The notes under the pieces were generated by a model, which did no database searches, had not been told where the DNA came from, and saw only the letters and a program-made list of their open reading frames with translations. Of a stretch of 64,000 nucleotides of DNA, positions 20,096-29,917 are shown piece by piece. This DNA comes from Candidatus Woesearchaeota archaeon CG10_big_fil_rev_8_21_14_0_10_37_12. Lineage in GTDB: Archaea; Nanobdellota; Nanobdellia; Woesearchaeales; ARS49. The stretch is taken from positions 73,205-137,204 of the forward strand of contig PCYA01000014.1 in assembly GCA_002762795.1 (NCBI GenBank). Direction: 5' to 3'. A program made the position numbers and the translations under genes. Every line of letters begins with the position of its first letter. The first letter of the stretch is position 1.

Positions 20096-20169
20096 GGGCG
20101 CGTAGCTCAGCCTGGTAGAGTGCTTCGTTCGCAACGAAGAAGCCCCGGGTTCAAATCCCGGCGCGTCCA
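20096..20169 (+). tRNA. tRNA-Ala(CGC)
   Basis: Cloverleaf with G3:U70 and anticodon arm CTTCG-TT CGC AA-CGAAG. Confidence 0.95.
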
Positions 20170-20471
20170 TAGAACTAAAGCTTGATATTGATTTTTCAGG
20201 CAAATAAATTTAAAAAGTGAAATTATTTATTGTGAATAATGAAAAAGTGGTTTGTTATTGCAGTAATTAGGTCAATATTTTTTTAGTTACAGTTTTCAGC
20301 TCCACCAACCCCCCAAAAAAGAAATCTTGTGTGATTTAATCATGCGAATGAAGTAGTTGATATGATTAGATAGCACATTTTGAGTGCAAAAACTCACCTA
20401 ATCATCAGAAGATATGATTAACTTGAATAAAAAAGTTATTCTTTTTATACTATTGATTTAATCTGTTATTT

Positions 20472-21620
20472 ATGAAACTTCGCCAGAAACCAGAGGATTT
20501 TATTGTAGAAGAAATTCCTTCAAAAGAACTCAAATCTTCTGGAAAGTTTGCTGTTTACAAATTGTCAAAAGTAAACATGACAACGTTTGCCGCAGAGAAA
20601 GTATTAGCAAGGCATTGTAATGTTAAATTCAATAAAATAGGTTTTGCAGGGCTTAAAGACACTCATGCAAGAACAACTCAGTATTTTTCTGTTGAAACAA
20701 ATAAGCCTGAATGCGGAACATTTAAAGAACAAAATGTCATCTCTCAGATTGTTGGTTTTTTTGACGAAAAAATTCGCACAGGTGATCTCGCAGGCAATAA
20801 ATTCATCATCACTGTTCGTGAACTTTCAGAAAAAGATGTTAAAATTGCAAAGAAAAATCTGTCTTTTGTAAAAGCAGGCGTGCCAAATTATTTTGACAGC
20901 CAGCGTTTTGGAAGTCTAAAAGGAGTAAAAGGGTTTATTGCAAAAGACATTTTACTTAATGATTATGAGTCTGCTGTTAAAAAAGCAATAACTCCCATTT
21001 ATAGAAAACAAAAATCCCAAATAAAAATAATCAACAAATTTTTACTTGCTCATTGGAGGAAATGGAATTTATGTTTAACAGAAATTGAAAAATATGGTTT
21101 GGAAAAAACCGCGCAAGGAACAATAATATCTTTTTTATCAGAACACCCTCAGGATTTCAAAACTGCGTTTCAGAAGCTGTTCAAAGGAATACGCGAAATA
21201 TTTTTCTCAGCGTACCAGTCTTACATCTGGAATGAATGTGTAAGACAAGTAATAAAAAACGCAACGCAAAAAAACATAGGGATTCCTTATGAAGCAGGAA
21301 TATTGACATTTCCACAATCAAATGTAAATCTGATTGGCAAAGAATTTCCATTACTTGCTGCAAGTATGCAAACAACCGAAGAAAACATGAAAATCATACA
21401 AAACATATTGAAAAAAGAAAATATGGCTCTTGATAAATTTAAAACAGATGAACATGTACTTGTACCAAGACTCCGAAAGATATTTGTTGTGCCTGAAAAT
21501 CTTTTTGTCGAATTTGAGGATGATGAGAGGAATGAAGGCAAGAAAAAAGCAATTGTCTCATTTAATTTGCCAAAAGGATCGTATGCAACTATTGTGCTGA
21601 AGGGATTGTTTGAGGAATAA
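20472..21620 (+). CDS. truD: tRNA pseudouridine(13) synthase
   Basis: PEDFIVEE, FAGLKD.HA.T.Q, GN.F.I, PNYF..QRFG and F.LPKGSYAT motifs. Confidence 0.95.
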   Translation: MKLRQKPEDFIVEEIPSKELKSSGKFAVYKLSKVNMTTFAAEKVLARHCNVKFNKIGFAGLKDTHARTTQYFSVETNKPECGTFKEQNVISQIVGFFDEKIRTGDLAGNKFIITVRELSEKDVKIAKKNLSFVKAGVPNYFDSQRFGSLKGVKGFIAKDILLNDYESAVKKAITPIYRKQKSQIKIINKFLLAHWRKWNLCLTEIEKYGLEKTAQGTIISFLSEHPQDFKTAFQKLFKGIREIFFSAYQSYIWNECVRQVIKNATQKNIGIPYEAGILTFPQSNVNLIGKEFPLLAASMQTTEENMKIIQNILKKENMALDKFKTDEHVLVPRLRKIFVVPENLFVEFEDDERNEGKKKAIVSFNLPKGSYATIVLKGLFEE

Positions 21621-21665
21621 ATAGGAATAATTAAAAACTACTTACTGCAGACTGCATACTAGATT

Positions 21666-21739
21666 GGGCGTGTGGTCTAACCCGGTATGGCGCTCGGCTG
21701 GCAGCCGAGAAACTGCGAGTTCAAATCTCGCCACGTCCA
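21666..21739 (+). tRNA. tRNA-Ala(GGC)
   Basis: Cloverleaf with G3:U70 and anticodon arm CTCGG-CT GGC AG-CCGAG. Confidence 0.93.
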
Positions 21740-21809
21740 TTGAAAAATAACCAGCAATTATTGGAATACAAAATTTGAAAAACAATCTTGCGCTGAATTT
21801 CTTTAAGTC

Positions 21810-22643
21810 CTATTTCTCATCAAGTAAGAGGTGCAAATGATGCATTGTAGAGATATACGTTTCAATTGATGCAATTTCGGGAGTTACACGTTGAGTAGCA
21901 ACCCTTAATCTTAACTGCTTATCATACCCTTCTCCCTTCTCAATTTCTCGATGTATTTCTAATTCCACTTGAGAAGCAGGCAATGGCGGTAGCTCAAGCC
22001 CTGCTCTTGGAGCAACGCTTGCAAGTCCATAATGCAATAAACAGTTTTTATTGTTGTATAACCAAGTTTCTGCACCTGACTTTTTTGGAGGAGGAATGTC
22101 CAATTCCAAACCTAATGATTCATAGCGACTAAGCAACTTTACATACAAACTCCATCTCTCATTATCTTTACACTCTCTGGAACTTTCTTGTCTTACAACT
22201 TTTTCAATTCCTTTACCAAGTTCACCATTCAAATATTCAACTAAACTTTTCTCAGCGTTAGACAACCCGTCAATAATTCCGAGTCGCATTAATTTTTCTA
22301 GACAATATACGGCATCTGCCCCCATTCTCCAACCATACCTAAGATCAAGATAACAGTCTCTAAAATGATTTAATTTGCGTTTTGTCTCTTGTGTAAGCTC
22401 ATATTTTGGATTAAGTAAATTATCGGCATATGCTCCAAATGCAAGAAATTTTACTGCAGCATCATAGAACTCGTTTCGTCTCTCATTTTGTATCATGCCA
22501 TCATCTATTAAGCCATGAAACCGCTTATCTTCTTCAGTTAAGTACTTGCGTATTTCCTGTTCTTTCTCTATTGGTATAACAATACGCGCTCTAAACTGCT
22601 CCAGCTCTACTGGTGTTCCACTCCCATCAACTAAAACCACCAT
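21810..22643 (-). CDS. Hypothetical protein
   Basis: 277-aa ORF; no recognised motif. Confidence 0.65.
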   Translation of the reverse strand: MVVLVDGSGTPVELEQFRARIVIPIEKEQEIRKYLTEEDKRFHGLIDDGMIQNERRNEFYDAAVKFLAFGAYADNLLNPKYELTQETKRKLNHFRDCYLDLRYGWRMGADAVYCLEKLMRLGIIDGLSNAEKSLVEYLNGELGKGIEKVVRQESSRECKDNERWSLYVKLLSRYESLGLELDIPPPKKSGAETWLYNNKNCLLHYGLASVAPRAGLELPPLPASQVELEIHREIEKGEGYDKQLRLRVATQRVTPEIASIETYISTMHHLHLLLDEK

Positions 22644-22667
22644 ATGACCAGAAAATTTATGAATGTT

Positions 22668-25616
22668 TTATAAAACTTCCTGCACGTAATTTCTTTGATC
22701 GTACCATTTTCTGGAAGAAGTTGCAGTTCTTTGTTTAGGTCCTTTTTCAGATGGTAAAACATCTCGCGCATGAACAACTCTTTCCTTTTCGCCTCTATGA
22801 ACTGCAACAAAATGCTCTAAGTCTCGCATGAGTGCGTCGCTTGTTTCTTCTATTCCTGCTCCGGGTCCGGGGTTGATCGTGTATTGTTTTCCATCTGTAT
22901 TAAAGAGGAACAAATTATCTGTTGCTTGTAATCTGTAAAATGGATTTTCTTTGTGTACTTCTTGAAGTCCAACTGATATCCATCCTCTTTTTAATTTATC
23001 ATCATAATGAACTTCAGCAATGTAACAAAGTGATTTGTCTTTAGGAAGTTCTGTTTTAAGTTTTTCAAATGCTGAATCAAGAGGTTCTATTTGTTTAGCA
23101 AAGTCTGCTCCTTTTGCTGATGTAATAGAATTAAGATCAAAAGTTATTCCTGAATCTCGTTCATAAGCGTCAATTATTGGTTGAATGAAACTTTCATGTT
23201 CGATATTGCATGCACTGAAGCCAACACCATATCGTGTTGCTATTATTCTCCAAAGAATTATTGCTTTGTTTAAAACATCTCGTCCAGAATAGTCATCGTA
23301 CGGTTTTGGTTCTGTGTAGCCTTGTTCAATGGCAGTTGTGATAACTTCAGATAGTTTTTTTCCTTGTTCAAGTTCAGATAAAGTATAGCCTAAAGTTCCG
23401 CTCATAACACCTTGGACATGAATTGTTCTTGGTTTGTCTTTAATAAGATCCATTAATGTTTCTGTAGCTCCTAAGTTTGCGCCAACTGTTCCTCGTATGT
23501 GTACCCGGTCGTCAAATACTGCGTTCAACAACCGTCGAGATCTTGACCTTTTTCTCCATTCATTTGTTTTTTGACCAGCGCTCACAGAATTATTATAATT
23601 CATCGCGCAAGGTGTTTTGTTAACAGACACAACATCCATACCAAGAGCAAGCGCATAAGATTGCACGTCTGCCATGCAAGAGTTGTTTGTAGCATCAACA
23701 AACACAAAATCGCCTTTTTCCATTCCTTGAACGCTACGAATGTCTCTTAAGTCAAGATAAACAAGATCAAAAATCCTACTGCGATATTCACCAATCTCAG
23801 AAAAAGATTTTTGTTCTTTTCGTTTGACATGAATAATTTCACCAAGATCATATTCGCTAAATCCTCCAATTTTTGAAAGAACTCCTGTGCTGTCTGCAAC
23901 ACCAACAACATTAATACCTAGTTTATCATATGATTCGAGAGCTTTTTCCAAAAATCTTAAACCGACTTTTCCAGCACCAAAGAGGATAACATTTATTTTT
24001 TTGAGCTTGTTGTATGTGCAGCGAATAATATCTTCGATAGAGTCTGTTGGAACAACAACTTGTAAAAGTTCTGGATGATCTGGCGGAATAAACGGAACAA
24101 CTCGTCTGAATCCCGGAGCGAGTTTACCGTCCCTTACAAGAGTTTCTGCCACAAATTTTAAGTAATCCTTATACGCGTGACCTATTTTTTCTCCGCAAAC
24201 TGAAACAAGTGAACAATCTGGATAATGAGCGATTTGTGCAGGATCAAAAGCTTGTTCTCCCGTGCGTTCAGTAGTTTCATTTATTCGTTCAACAAGATTT
24301 GTGCCAAAGTGTGTTTTGTTGTCTCTGCCTTCTTTTGGTGTAGTTTGAATAACAAACGTTCCCAGAAGTCCATCTTTTGTTGTTTCAGCTTTTGAGTAAA
24401 GTAATCGAGCACCATCATATTCTTGAATTGTTCTTCGCACAAGATCAAATTCTGTTCCATCTTTAACATCAAACTCTCTGTAGGCAATGTTATGTAAAAC
24501 ACCAATGCCTTTCATTCGGGATCGTGATGATGTTGAAAATGAAGTGATAGTTGTTCCAGGGTCATCTGGATTGAATGTGTTTTTAACAACAGGAGAACAA
24601 GTTGCATTTCTTTCCAAAATGTCTAGTGCTTCTTGTTTAATAACAGGCATACCGCCAAACGAGCCAAGAGTTGCTACTTCTCTTCGAGAAATTTGCCTTA
24701 CTGTTTGTGCACCACCAAGAAGTTTTGGATCTGCAATTAGAACACCATCAGCATCAGAATAAATAAATGGTTGAGAAACTTTCAATGCAACAGCCAAAGC
24801 TATTGTTGTAACATTTGACCCGTCTCTTCCAAGAGTTGTTCTTCTTCCTTCTTCATCTTTTGCAACAAAACCAGGATAAAAAATAAGACGATGAGGATTT
24901 TGCTCTCGTAACTCTTTATGATAACGAGCGATGTCTGTTCTAAGGCTTTGTTCAAGAAGTTCTGCTTTTGTGAATTTTGAATCTGTTACAAAGCCAGCAT
25001 CACCTGATTCTACTGTTAAGACATATTTGCCATCGCACGAGTTTAAGCGTTCTAACAGGTGTTGTTCAGTAAGTTCCAGTTCTGTTCTTTCTTTTTTCTG
25101 CCTCAAACGAGTATGTTCTGCTGCAAGCTTTTGTTGTACAACTTCTGCAACTATCGGCGTTGATAATAATTCACCTATTGAAACAACAGAATCAGAAAGT
25201 GCACATTCATCAAGAGTTAACCCTATGTGCGACGCGCGTATTTGTTCTGTAACAAGTTCTTCAAGTTGAGAAAGTCTGTCTCGGACATCAGTTTTATCAA
25301 ATCTAAGTTCATCAAGCGTTACATAATGTTTTCTTCTGATCCTATTTATTCGGCGCAGTGCTGCTTCAGAATCTTTGTCCTTAACTGCCTGAACCACATT
25401 TAAACAATGATCTGTTATTTTTTTCTCTTTACTTCCGGGTGTTTTGCCAAGTGCAGAAACAACAACATTCACGTTTCTGTAACCAGTTAGCTCTTCAATA
25501 CCTAAATAACCATGAACTCGCGTCATATACTGGCGTACAATAATGTCTGCTACTAGATTGATATTTGCAGCTGTAGAAACAGAACTGCCCCCGAACTTGA
25601 TTATTGTTTCTTGCAA
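22668..25616 (-). CDS. Bifunctional aspartokinase / homoserine dehydrogenase (ThrA/MetL-like), divergent
   Basis: AK domain: KFGGSSV, VVSALG, TTLGRDGSN, DADGV..ADP. HSDH domain: G.GKVG, VDAT, NK, SGTL, GYTEP.P.DD.SG.DV..K, GPGAG. Probable TTG start at 25616 after GGAG. Confidence 0.85.
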   Translation of the reverse strand: MQETIIKFGGSSVSTAANINLVADIIVRQYMTRVHGYLGIEELTGYRNVNVVVSALGKTPGSKEKKITDHCLNVVQAVKDKDSEAALRRINRIRRKHYVTLDELRFDKTDVRDRLSQLEELVTEQIRASHIGLTLDECALSDSVVSIGELLSTPIVAEVVQQKLAAEHTRLRQKKERTELELTEQHLLERLNSCDGKYVLTVESGDAGFVTDSKFTKAELLEQSLRTDIARYHKELREQNPHRLIFYPGFVAKDEEGRRTTLGRDGSNVTTIALAVALKVSQPFIYSDADGVLIADPKLLGGAQTVRQISRREVATLGSFGGMPVIKQEALDILERNATCSPVVKNTFNPDDPGTTITSFSTSSRSRMKGIGVLHNIAYREFDVKDGTEFDLVRRTIQEYDGARLLYSKAETTKDGLLGTFVIQTTPKEGRDNKTHFGTNLVERINETTERTGEQAFDPAQIAHYPDCSLVSVCGEKIGHAYKDYLKFVAETLVRDGKLAPGFRRVVPFIPPDHPELLQVVVPTDSIEDIIRCTYNKLKKINVILFGAGKVGLRFLEKALESYDKLGINVVGVADSTGVLSKIGGFSEYDLGEIIHVKRKEQKSFSEIGEYRSRIFDLVYLDLRDIRSVQGMEKGDFVFVDATNNSCMADVQSYALALGMDVVSVNKTPCAMNYNNSVSAGQKTNEWRKRSRSRRLLNAVFDDRVHIRGTVGANLGATETLMDLIKDKPRTIHVQGVMSGTLGYTLSELEQGKKLSEVITTAIEQGYTEPKPYDDYSGRDVLNKAIILWRIIATRYGVGFSACNIEHESFIQPIIDAYERDSGITFDLNSITSAKGADFAKQIEPLDSAFEKLKTELPKDKSLCYIAEVHYDDKLKRGWISVGLQEVHKENPFYRLQATDNLFLFNTDGKQYTINPGPGAGIEETSDALMRDLEHFVAVHRGEKERVVHARDVLPSEKGPKQRTATSSRKWYDQRNYVQEVL

Positions 25617-25684
25617 AGTGCCACTCCGAATAAAAATCAAAAGTGAAGATATAAAAGACTTGCCATTAAAAATAATTTGTCTAT

Positions 25685-25846
25685 TGTCAAGAACCATCCG
25701 TCAATAGATGGATGGCATGAAGCGACAGCTTCATCTTCACTTGTAATGACCCGTGGTTTTTGATCATGCTTAGAAATATGCCATATCACTATGGTGATAA
25801 GGACTCTGTCCATCAGTCAAATATACTGATAGTATATTTCTGACAT
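25685..25846. ncRNA. Structured ~160-nt repeat element, copy 1
   Basis: Homologous to 51284-51443, with shared blocks and compensatory stems. Confidence 0.65.
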
Positions 25847-25847
25847 A

Positions 25848-26234
25848 TTAACAACCCAGTTCTCTTCGTTGTTTCAATTTCCAGAGCCTATTTTGCTCTT
25901 TAGAAGGGTCAATCTCAGCAATCCAAACAACATTGCCCAGATGATATCCACCATCGCGATCTATAACAAAAGTTTCGCCTATTTTAGGCGCTTCAAATCT
26001 GCCGCTTCGTGTTGCAACACCAATACCACTGCCTACGCTAAAAGGTGCTTTGTAGGCACGATAAAATTCTACGCCGTATTCTAAAAGCTCAGAGTCTTCA
26101 CAAGTTCGAAACTCATAAGATGAGTATGGGCTGCGTCTTCTTTCTTCTTGTTTCGGGCTGCAAACAGCAATTTGGTGAATCATTGGAAGTCTAAAATCAT
26201 CAAGGCTTTCTTGCACCACAAAGTAAACGCGCAT
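25848..26234 (-). CDS. Hypothetical protein
   Basis: ~128-aa ORF from ATG 26234. Confidence 0.55.
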   Translation of the reverse strand: MRVYFVVQESLDDFRLPMIHQIAVCSPKQEERRRSPYSSYEFRTCEDSELLEYGVEFYRAYKAPFSVGSGIGVATRSGRFEAPKIGETFVIDRDGGYHLGNVVWIAEIDPSKEQNRLWKLKQRRELGC

Positions 26235-26306
26235 AAAATAAAAAAGCAAATATTAAATTAAAATTTTGCGAAACACTTTTAAACAGATACATTTCTTATC
26301 GTCTGT

Positions 26307-26945
26307 ATGGTGAAAGCAGTATTTTTTGACTTTTGGGGAACGTTAGTTGAAAACGGAACAAGATCTCCAATGAAGCAGTCCTGGCAGATATTACGTACAG
26401 GCCTGCCGTTTAGTCCATTTGTTCAACGTTTTGAAGAAGCAGTAATGACAAAACAGTTTCCAGATCAGGCAGCTGCATTTACTGAAGCGTGTAATGAGTT
26501 TGATATTGCTCCAAAGCCGTTTATTATTGAAAAATTGATTGGTGTTTGGAATAAGAATAAATTGCTTGCAAAAACATATGATGAAACAGAAGTCACGTTA
26601 AGGGAGCTTAAGCAAAAAGGACTCAAGCTCGTACTTGTAAGCAATACATTACAAGATAATGTTTCTCCTGTTTTGGAAAAGTTTGGTTTGCTTGAGTTAT
26701 TTGATCATGTTTTTCTCAGTGATGAGCAGGGTGTGTTGAAAACAACCGGTTTATTTGAAAAAGCGTTAAAAGAAGCAAAGTTGAAAGCAAAAGATGTTAT
26801 TTCTGTGGGAGATAGTATTGAAACAGATATTAAAGGTGCAGAAGCTGCAGGAATTAAATCTTATTTGATTGACAGGCGGAACACAAGAGAGTTTGAGAGT
26901 AAAATTGTTAGTTTGGATGAATTAACAGATATTGTAGAGGAATAA
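26307..26945 (+). CDS. HAD-superfamily hydrolase
   Basis: FDFWGTL, VSN, conserved K and VGDS.ETDI.GA motifs. Confidence 0.92.
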   Translation: MVKAVFFDFWGTLVENGTRSPMKQSWQILRTGLPFSPFVQRFEEAVMTKQFPDQAAAFTEACNEFDIAPKPFIIEKLIGVWNKNKLLAKTYDETEVTLRELKQKGLKLVLVSNTLQDNVSPVLEKFGLLELFDHVFLSDEQGVLKTTGLFEKALKEAKLKAKDVISVGDSIETDIKGAEAAGIKSYLIDRRNTREFESKIVSLDELTDIVEE

Positions 26946-26946
26946 A

Positions 26947-27216
26947 ATGATAAAAATAATTCATAGAGGTCATGATAGACAGGGTAGAGGTTTTACTCCT
27001 GAAGAAGTACTTGAAGCAGGCTTAACGTGCCAACAATTTGGCAGAATTACTGGTGTTCGCTGGGAACCAAGAAGGAAAACAAAATATTCTGAAAATGTAA
27101 AATTCTTGAAAGAACTTGCAAGTAAGTTGCCTGAAGAAACTAAAAAAGAAAGCAAGCCAAAAAAAGTGATTGATAAAAAGCCAGCTGTAAAAAAAGCTGA
27201 GGCTAAGAAAAAATAA
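26947..27216 (+). CDS. rpl13e: 50S ribosomal protein eL13 (L13e)
   Basis: R.GRGF...E..EAGL....G...E.RRK....ENV..LK archaeal L13e signature. Confidence 0.8.
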   Translation: MIKIIHRGHDRQGRGFTPEEVLEAGLTCQQFGRITGVRWEPRRKTKYSENVKFLKELASKLPEETKKESKPKKVIDKKPAVKKAEAKKK

Positions 27217-27217
27217 A

Positions 27218-27631
27218 ATGAGTGATTGTGTTTTTTGTAAGATTGTGAATAACGAAATACCAAGTGATAAAGTATTTGAAAACGATCACGTAATGGCTTT
27301 TCTTGATATTGCGCCAAGTAGTCCTGGGCATACTTTAGTGATTCCTAAGGAGCATTATGCTGATTTGACTGAAACTCCTGATAATGTTCTTGCGGAGTTA
27401 AGCAAGACTGTTAAAAAAATTGGTCCGAAAATTGTGAGCGCAGTTGATGCCAAAGGATTTAATCTTCTTTCAAACATTAAAGAAGTTGCTGGTCAGGTTA
27501 TATTTCACACACACATTCATATAATTCCTCGTTTTGAAGGCGATGGTTTAAAACACTGGCCTAAAATTGAGTTAAGCAAAGAAAAAATAGAAGAAATAAA
27601 AGAAGAAATAATTGAAAATATTACAAAATAG
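27218..27631 (+). CDS. HIT-family nucleotide hydrolase
   Basis: DCVFC, GHTLVIPK and AGQVIFHTHIHIIPR motifs. Confidence 0.95.
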   Translation: MSDCVFCKIVNNEIPSDKVFENDHVMAFLDIAPSSPGHTLVIPKEHYADLTETPDNVLAELSKTVKKIGPKIVSAVDAKGFNLLSNIKEVAGQVIFHTHIHIIPRFEGDGLKHWPKIELSKEKIEEIKEEIIENITK

Positions 27632-28738
27632 TTAGCTTAATCGCATAATCTCACCATTTTTAATTTGATTTTTTGCTGGTTTTGTTCCAATAACATCGCC
27701 ATTTTCATCAAATGATATCTTTCCAAGTATGCCGTCGTAAGGCTCCATTTCATAGAGCCAGTTTTTAATTGCAGTTGCGTCATAACCGACTGCCTCAATT
27801 GCGTTTTTTAGGATGTAAACTGAATCATATCGTGCTGCTGCTCCGTATTCAAATGCAGGATCTTCACCATACTTTTCTTTGTATTTTTCAAACAGTTTTT
27901 TCTTTTTTGGACTTTCTGATACTGGTGGTTCTGAGAAGAAGATCATCCCGTCTGCTAACGGGTGTTTTCTGACTTCTTTGTTTGTGCCGAAGAAATTTCC
28001 ATACAATTGTCCTTTGTAGCCAAGCTCCTGAAGTTGGTTCAATGAAGCAATTCCCGTTGCAGGAGTGTTTGGGTTCAAATAAATAACATCTGGCTTTTGC
28101 GCTAAAAGTTTAGTTAATTGAGTTCTATGGTCTTGAGAGTCTTGTTCGTAAAATTCTTCAATAACAGTTCTTCCTTCTTTTTCAAAATATTTTCTGATGA
28201 CTGTGCTGATGCCGACAGGATAGTTTGTTTGTTCTGTTATGAGCCCAACAGTTTTGTATTTGCTGAGCTCTTTTGCAAGAGAATTGCCCATTACTTCATC
28301 AGAATAAATTGTCCTGAAAATGTAATCTCCTGAATGAGTTATGTCTGGCAATGTTGCCCAAGCAGCAATAACAAGAACTTTGTTTTGTTCTGCTAAAGGT
28401 GAAATTCCAAAAGTCTCTGCACCACAAACAGACAATATTATTTTGACTTTATCAACTTCAATTAATTTCGTGGCTGCACTGACAGCACCTTTTGCAGTGC
28501 ATTTTCCATCTTCATAAATGACATTGACTTGTTTGCTATTAATTCCACCTGCTGAATTGATCTCATTAAGTGCAATTTCTATAACATTTTTTTCTAATAT
28601 GCCATAAATTGCAGAATCTCCAGATAATGGACCAACAAAGCCAATAGTTATTGTGTCTTCTGCTGTTGTTGCACCTGTGAGTGCTTGTCCGCAGCTAATT
28701 AATGATAGTAATACAAATAGTAAGAGTGGTTTTTTCAT
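27632..28738 (-). CDS. LivJ-like (type I periplasmic binding) lipoprotein
   Basis: LISC lipobox, IG..GPLSG, EIN..GGI, ED.KC and YD..Y motifs. Confidence 0.9.
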   Translation of the reverse strand: MKKPLLLFVLLSLISCGQALTGATTAEDTITIGFVGPLSGDSAIYGILEKNVIEIALNEINSAGGINSKQVNVIYEDGKCTAKGAVSAATKLIEVDKVKIILSVCGAETFGISPLAEQNKVLVIAAWATLPDITHSGDYIFRTIYSDEVMGNSLAKELSKYKTVGLITEQTNYPVGISTVIRKYFEKEGRTVIEEFYEQDSQDHRTQLTKLLAQKPDVIYLNPNTPATGIASLNQLQELGYKGQLYGNFFGTNKEVRKHPLADGMIFFSEPPVSESPKKKKLFEKYKEKYGEDPAFEYGAAARYDSVYILKNAIEAVGYDATAIKNWLYEMEPYDGILGKISFDENGDVIGTKPAKNQIKNGEIMRLS

Positions 28739-29250
28739 GGACTTTCCCTCTGAAATGGTGCTAGATATCCCACCGTGCGGGCAAGGTTGTCTGAGTCAGA
28801 ATACACACCGGATTGTTTAAATGCGTCAAATTCTTTTTCTGTTAGAAAGCGACAAGCCCATTTGATGAAGTCAGTTAGTAATTGCTCGCCATGAATCTGT
28901 ATTTTTTCAGAGGGCGTGTATCTGGTTGTTTGTTCTGATGTATTTAGTTCATAAGTGTCCATTGTGTAAAGAACGTCATGATATCTTGTTCTAAATCGAA
29001 TAAGTTCTGGAGCGGAAATAGGCTTTGGATCCTCAGATATAATAAAGACATGTGAACTAAAACCATCGAAGGCAAATCCCTTTGGCAGCAGTTCAATTCT
29101 TCCTCCAACAGGTATGTTTGCGTGCCATTTTGCAAGTCTATAATCTGCTCCTTGCCATTCGCAGACAGGACATTCATAGATTGGTGCTCCGTCTTCCTTT
29201 TTTCCTATTTCGATTGGTTCTAATTTACCTTCGAGGTCAACATCAATCAT
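28735..29250 (-). CDS. Zn-finger-like hypothetical protein
   Basis: YECPVC...AKWHANIP; paralog of the next gene. Confidence 0.65.
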   Translation of the reverse strand: MIDVDLEGKLEPIEIGKKEDGAPIYECPVCEWQGADYRLAKWHANIPVGGRIELLPKGFAFDGFSSHVFIISEDPKPISAPELIRFRTRYHDVLYTMDTYELNTSEQTTRYTPSEKIQIHGEQLLTDFIKWACRFLTEKEFDAFKQSGVYSDSDNLARTVGYLAPFQRESP

Positions 29251-29786
29251 TTCATTACCTCTGGACAGAATTTTTCAAAGCCTTCAACACGGTAAGTTAA
29301 ATTATCTAAATTTATTATGTTGATTTCTCTGGTAGCTTCATCACCAAATTTTGTTTCTAAAAATTCATCAAATTCTGATTTTTGTAATAATCTATATTGT
29401 CCTGCACGAAAATGTGTTTGTAATATGTTTGATGGTGGGCGCGACCGAAGTTCATCTTCTAAACGCCACCAGTTATTTTCACCAGTTTTTCCTGGAAAAT
29501 ACGTTATTCCATTATATCTGAAGTCGTGTGTTGAAAGTCCGAAGAAGGGAGGATCTGCTTTTTGTACTTGAGATGAATCGCCAATAACACACATACGTAT
29601 TAATTGTGAATCAGGATGTATTTCTCCAAACGTGAATCCATTTGGAAAAACCACCCCTCTTCCCAAAGGAATATCAACATGAGCTTTAGCCTCTTCATAT
29701 GTCCCAACAATTCGTTCTTCACAAGTTGGACAGCCATATATGCCTGTTTCAATTTCTCTCGATTCTATTGTCTTCGCTTCTCTCAT
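29247..29786 (-). CDS. Zn-finger-like hypothetical protein
   Basis: YGCPTC...AKAHVDIP; GGTGG RBS; ATGA overlap with the next gene. Confidence 0.65.
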   Translation of the reverse strand: MREAKTIESREIETGIYGCPTCEERIVGTYEEAKAHVDIPLGRGVVFPNGFTFGEIHPDSQLIRMCVIGDSSQVQKADPPFFGLSTHDFRYNGITYFPGKTGENNWWRLEDELRSRPPSNILQTHFRAGQYRLLQKSEFDEFLETKFGDEATREINIINLDNLTYRVEGFEKFCPEVMK

Positions 29787-29917
29787 GTTCCACCACCCTG
29801 TAATATTTTTCTTTCCGAACGATAGTGAGGAGATAGAAAAATTATTTTAATCTTTCTCCCCCCTTTATACGTTAAAATAAGGCAAAGTTTAAATAATGCA
29901 AATTCTCAAACAAATAC

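Noticed and set aside
20240-20430. Possible gene remnant starting MKKWFVIAVI after tRNA-Ala
   Set aside because: Short interrupted frames with no recognisable family.
25685-25846. Lysine/SAM/threonine riboswitch for the AK-HSDH gene
   Set aside because: A TATA-like box lies between the element and the gene (~25650), a homologous copy occurs in an unrelated context, and no known aptamer consensus is visible.
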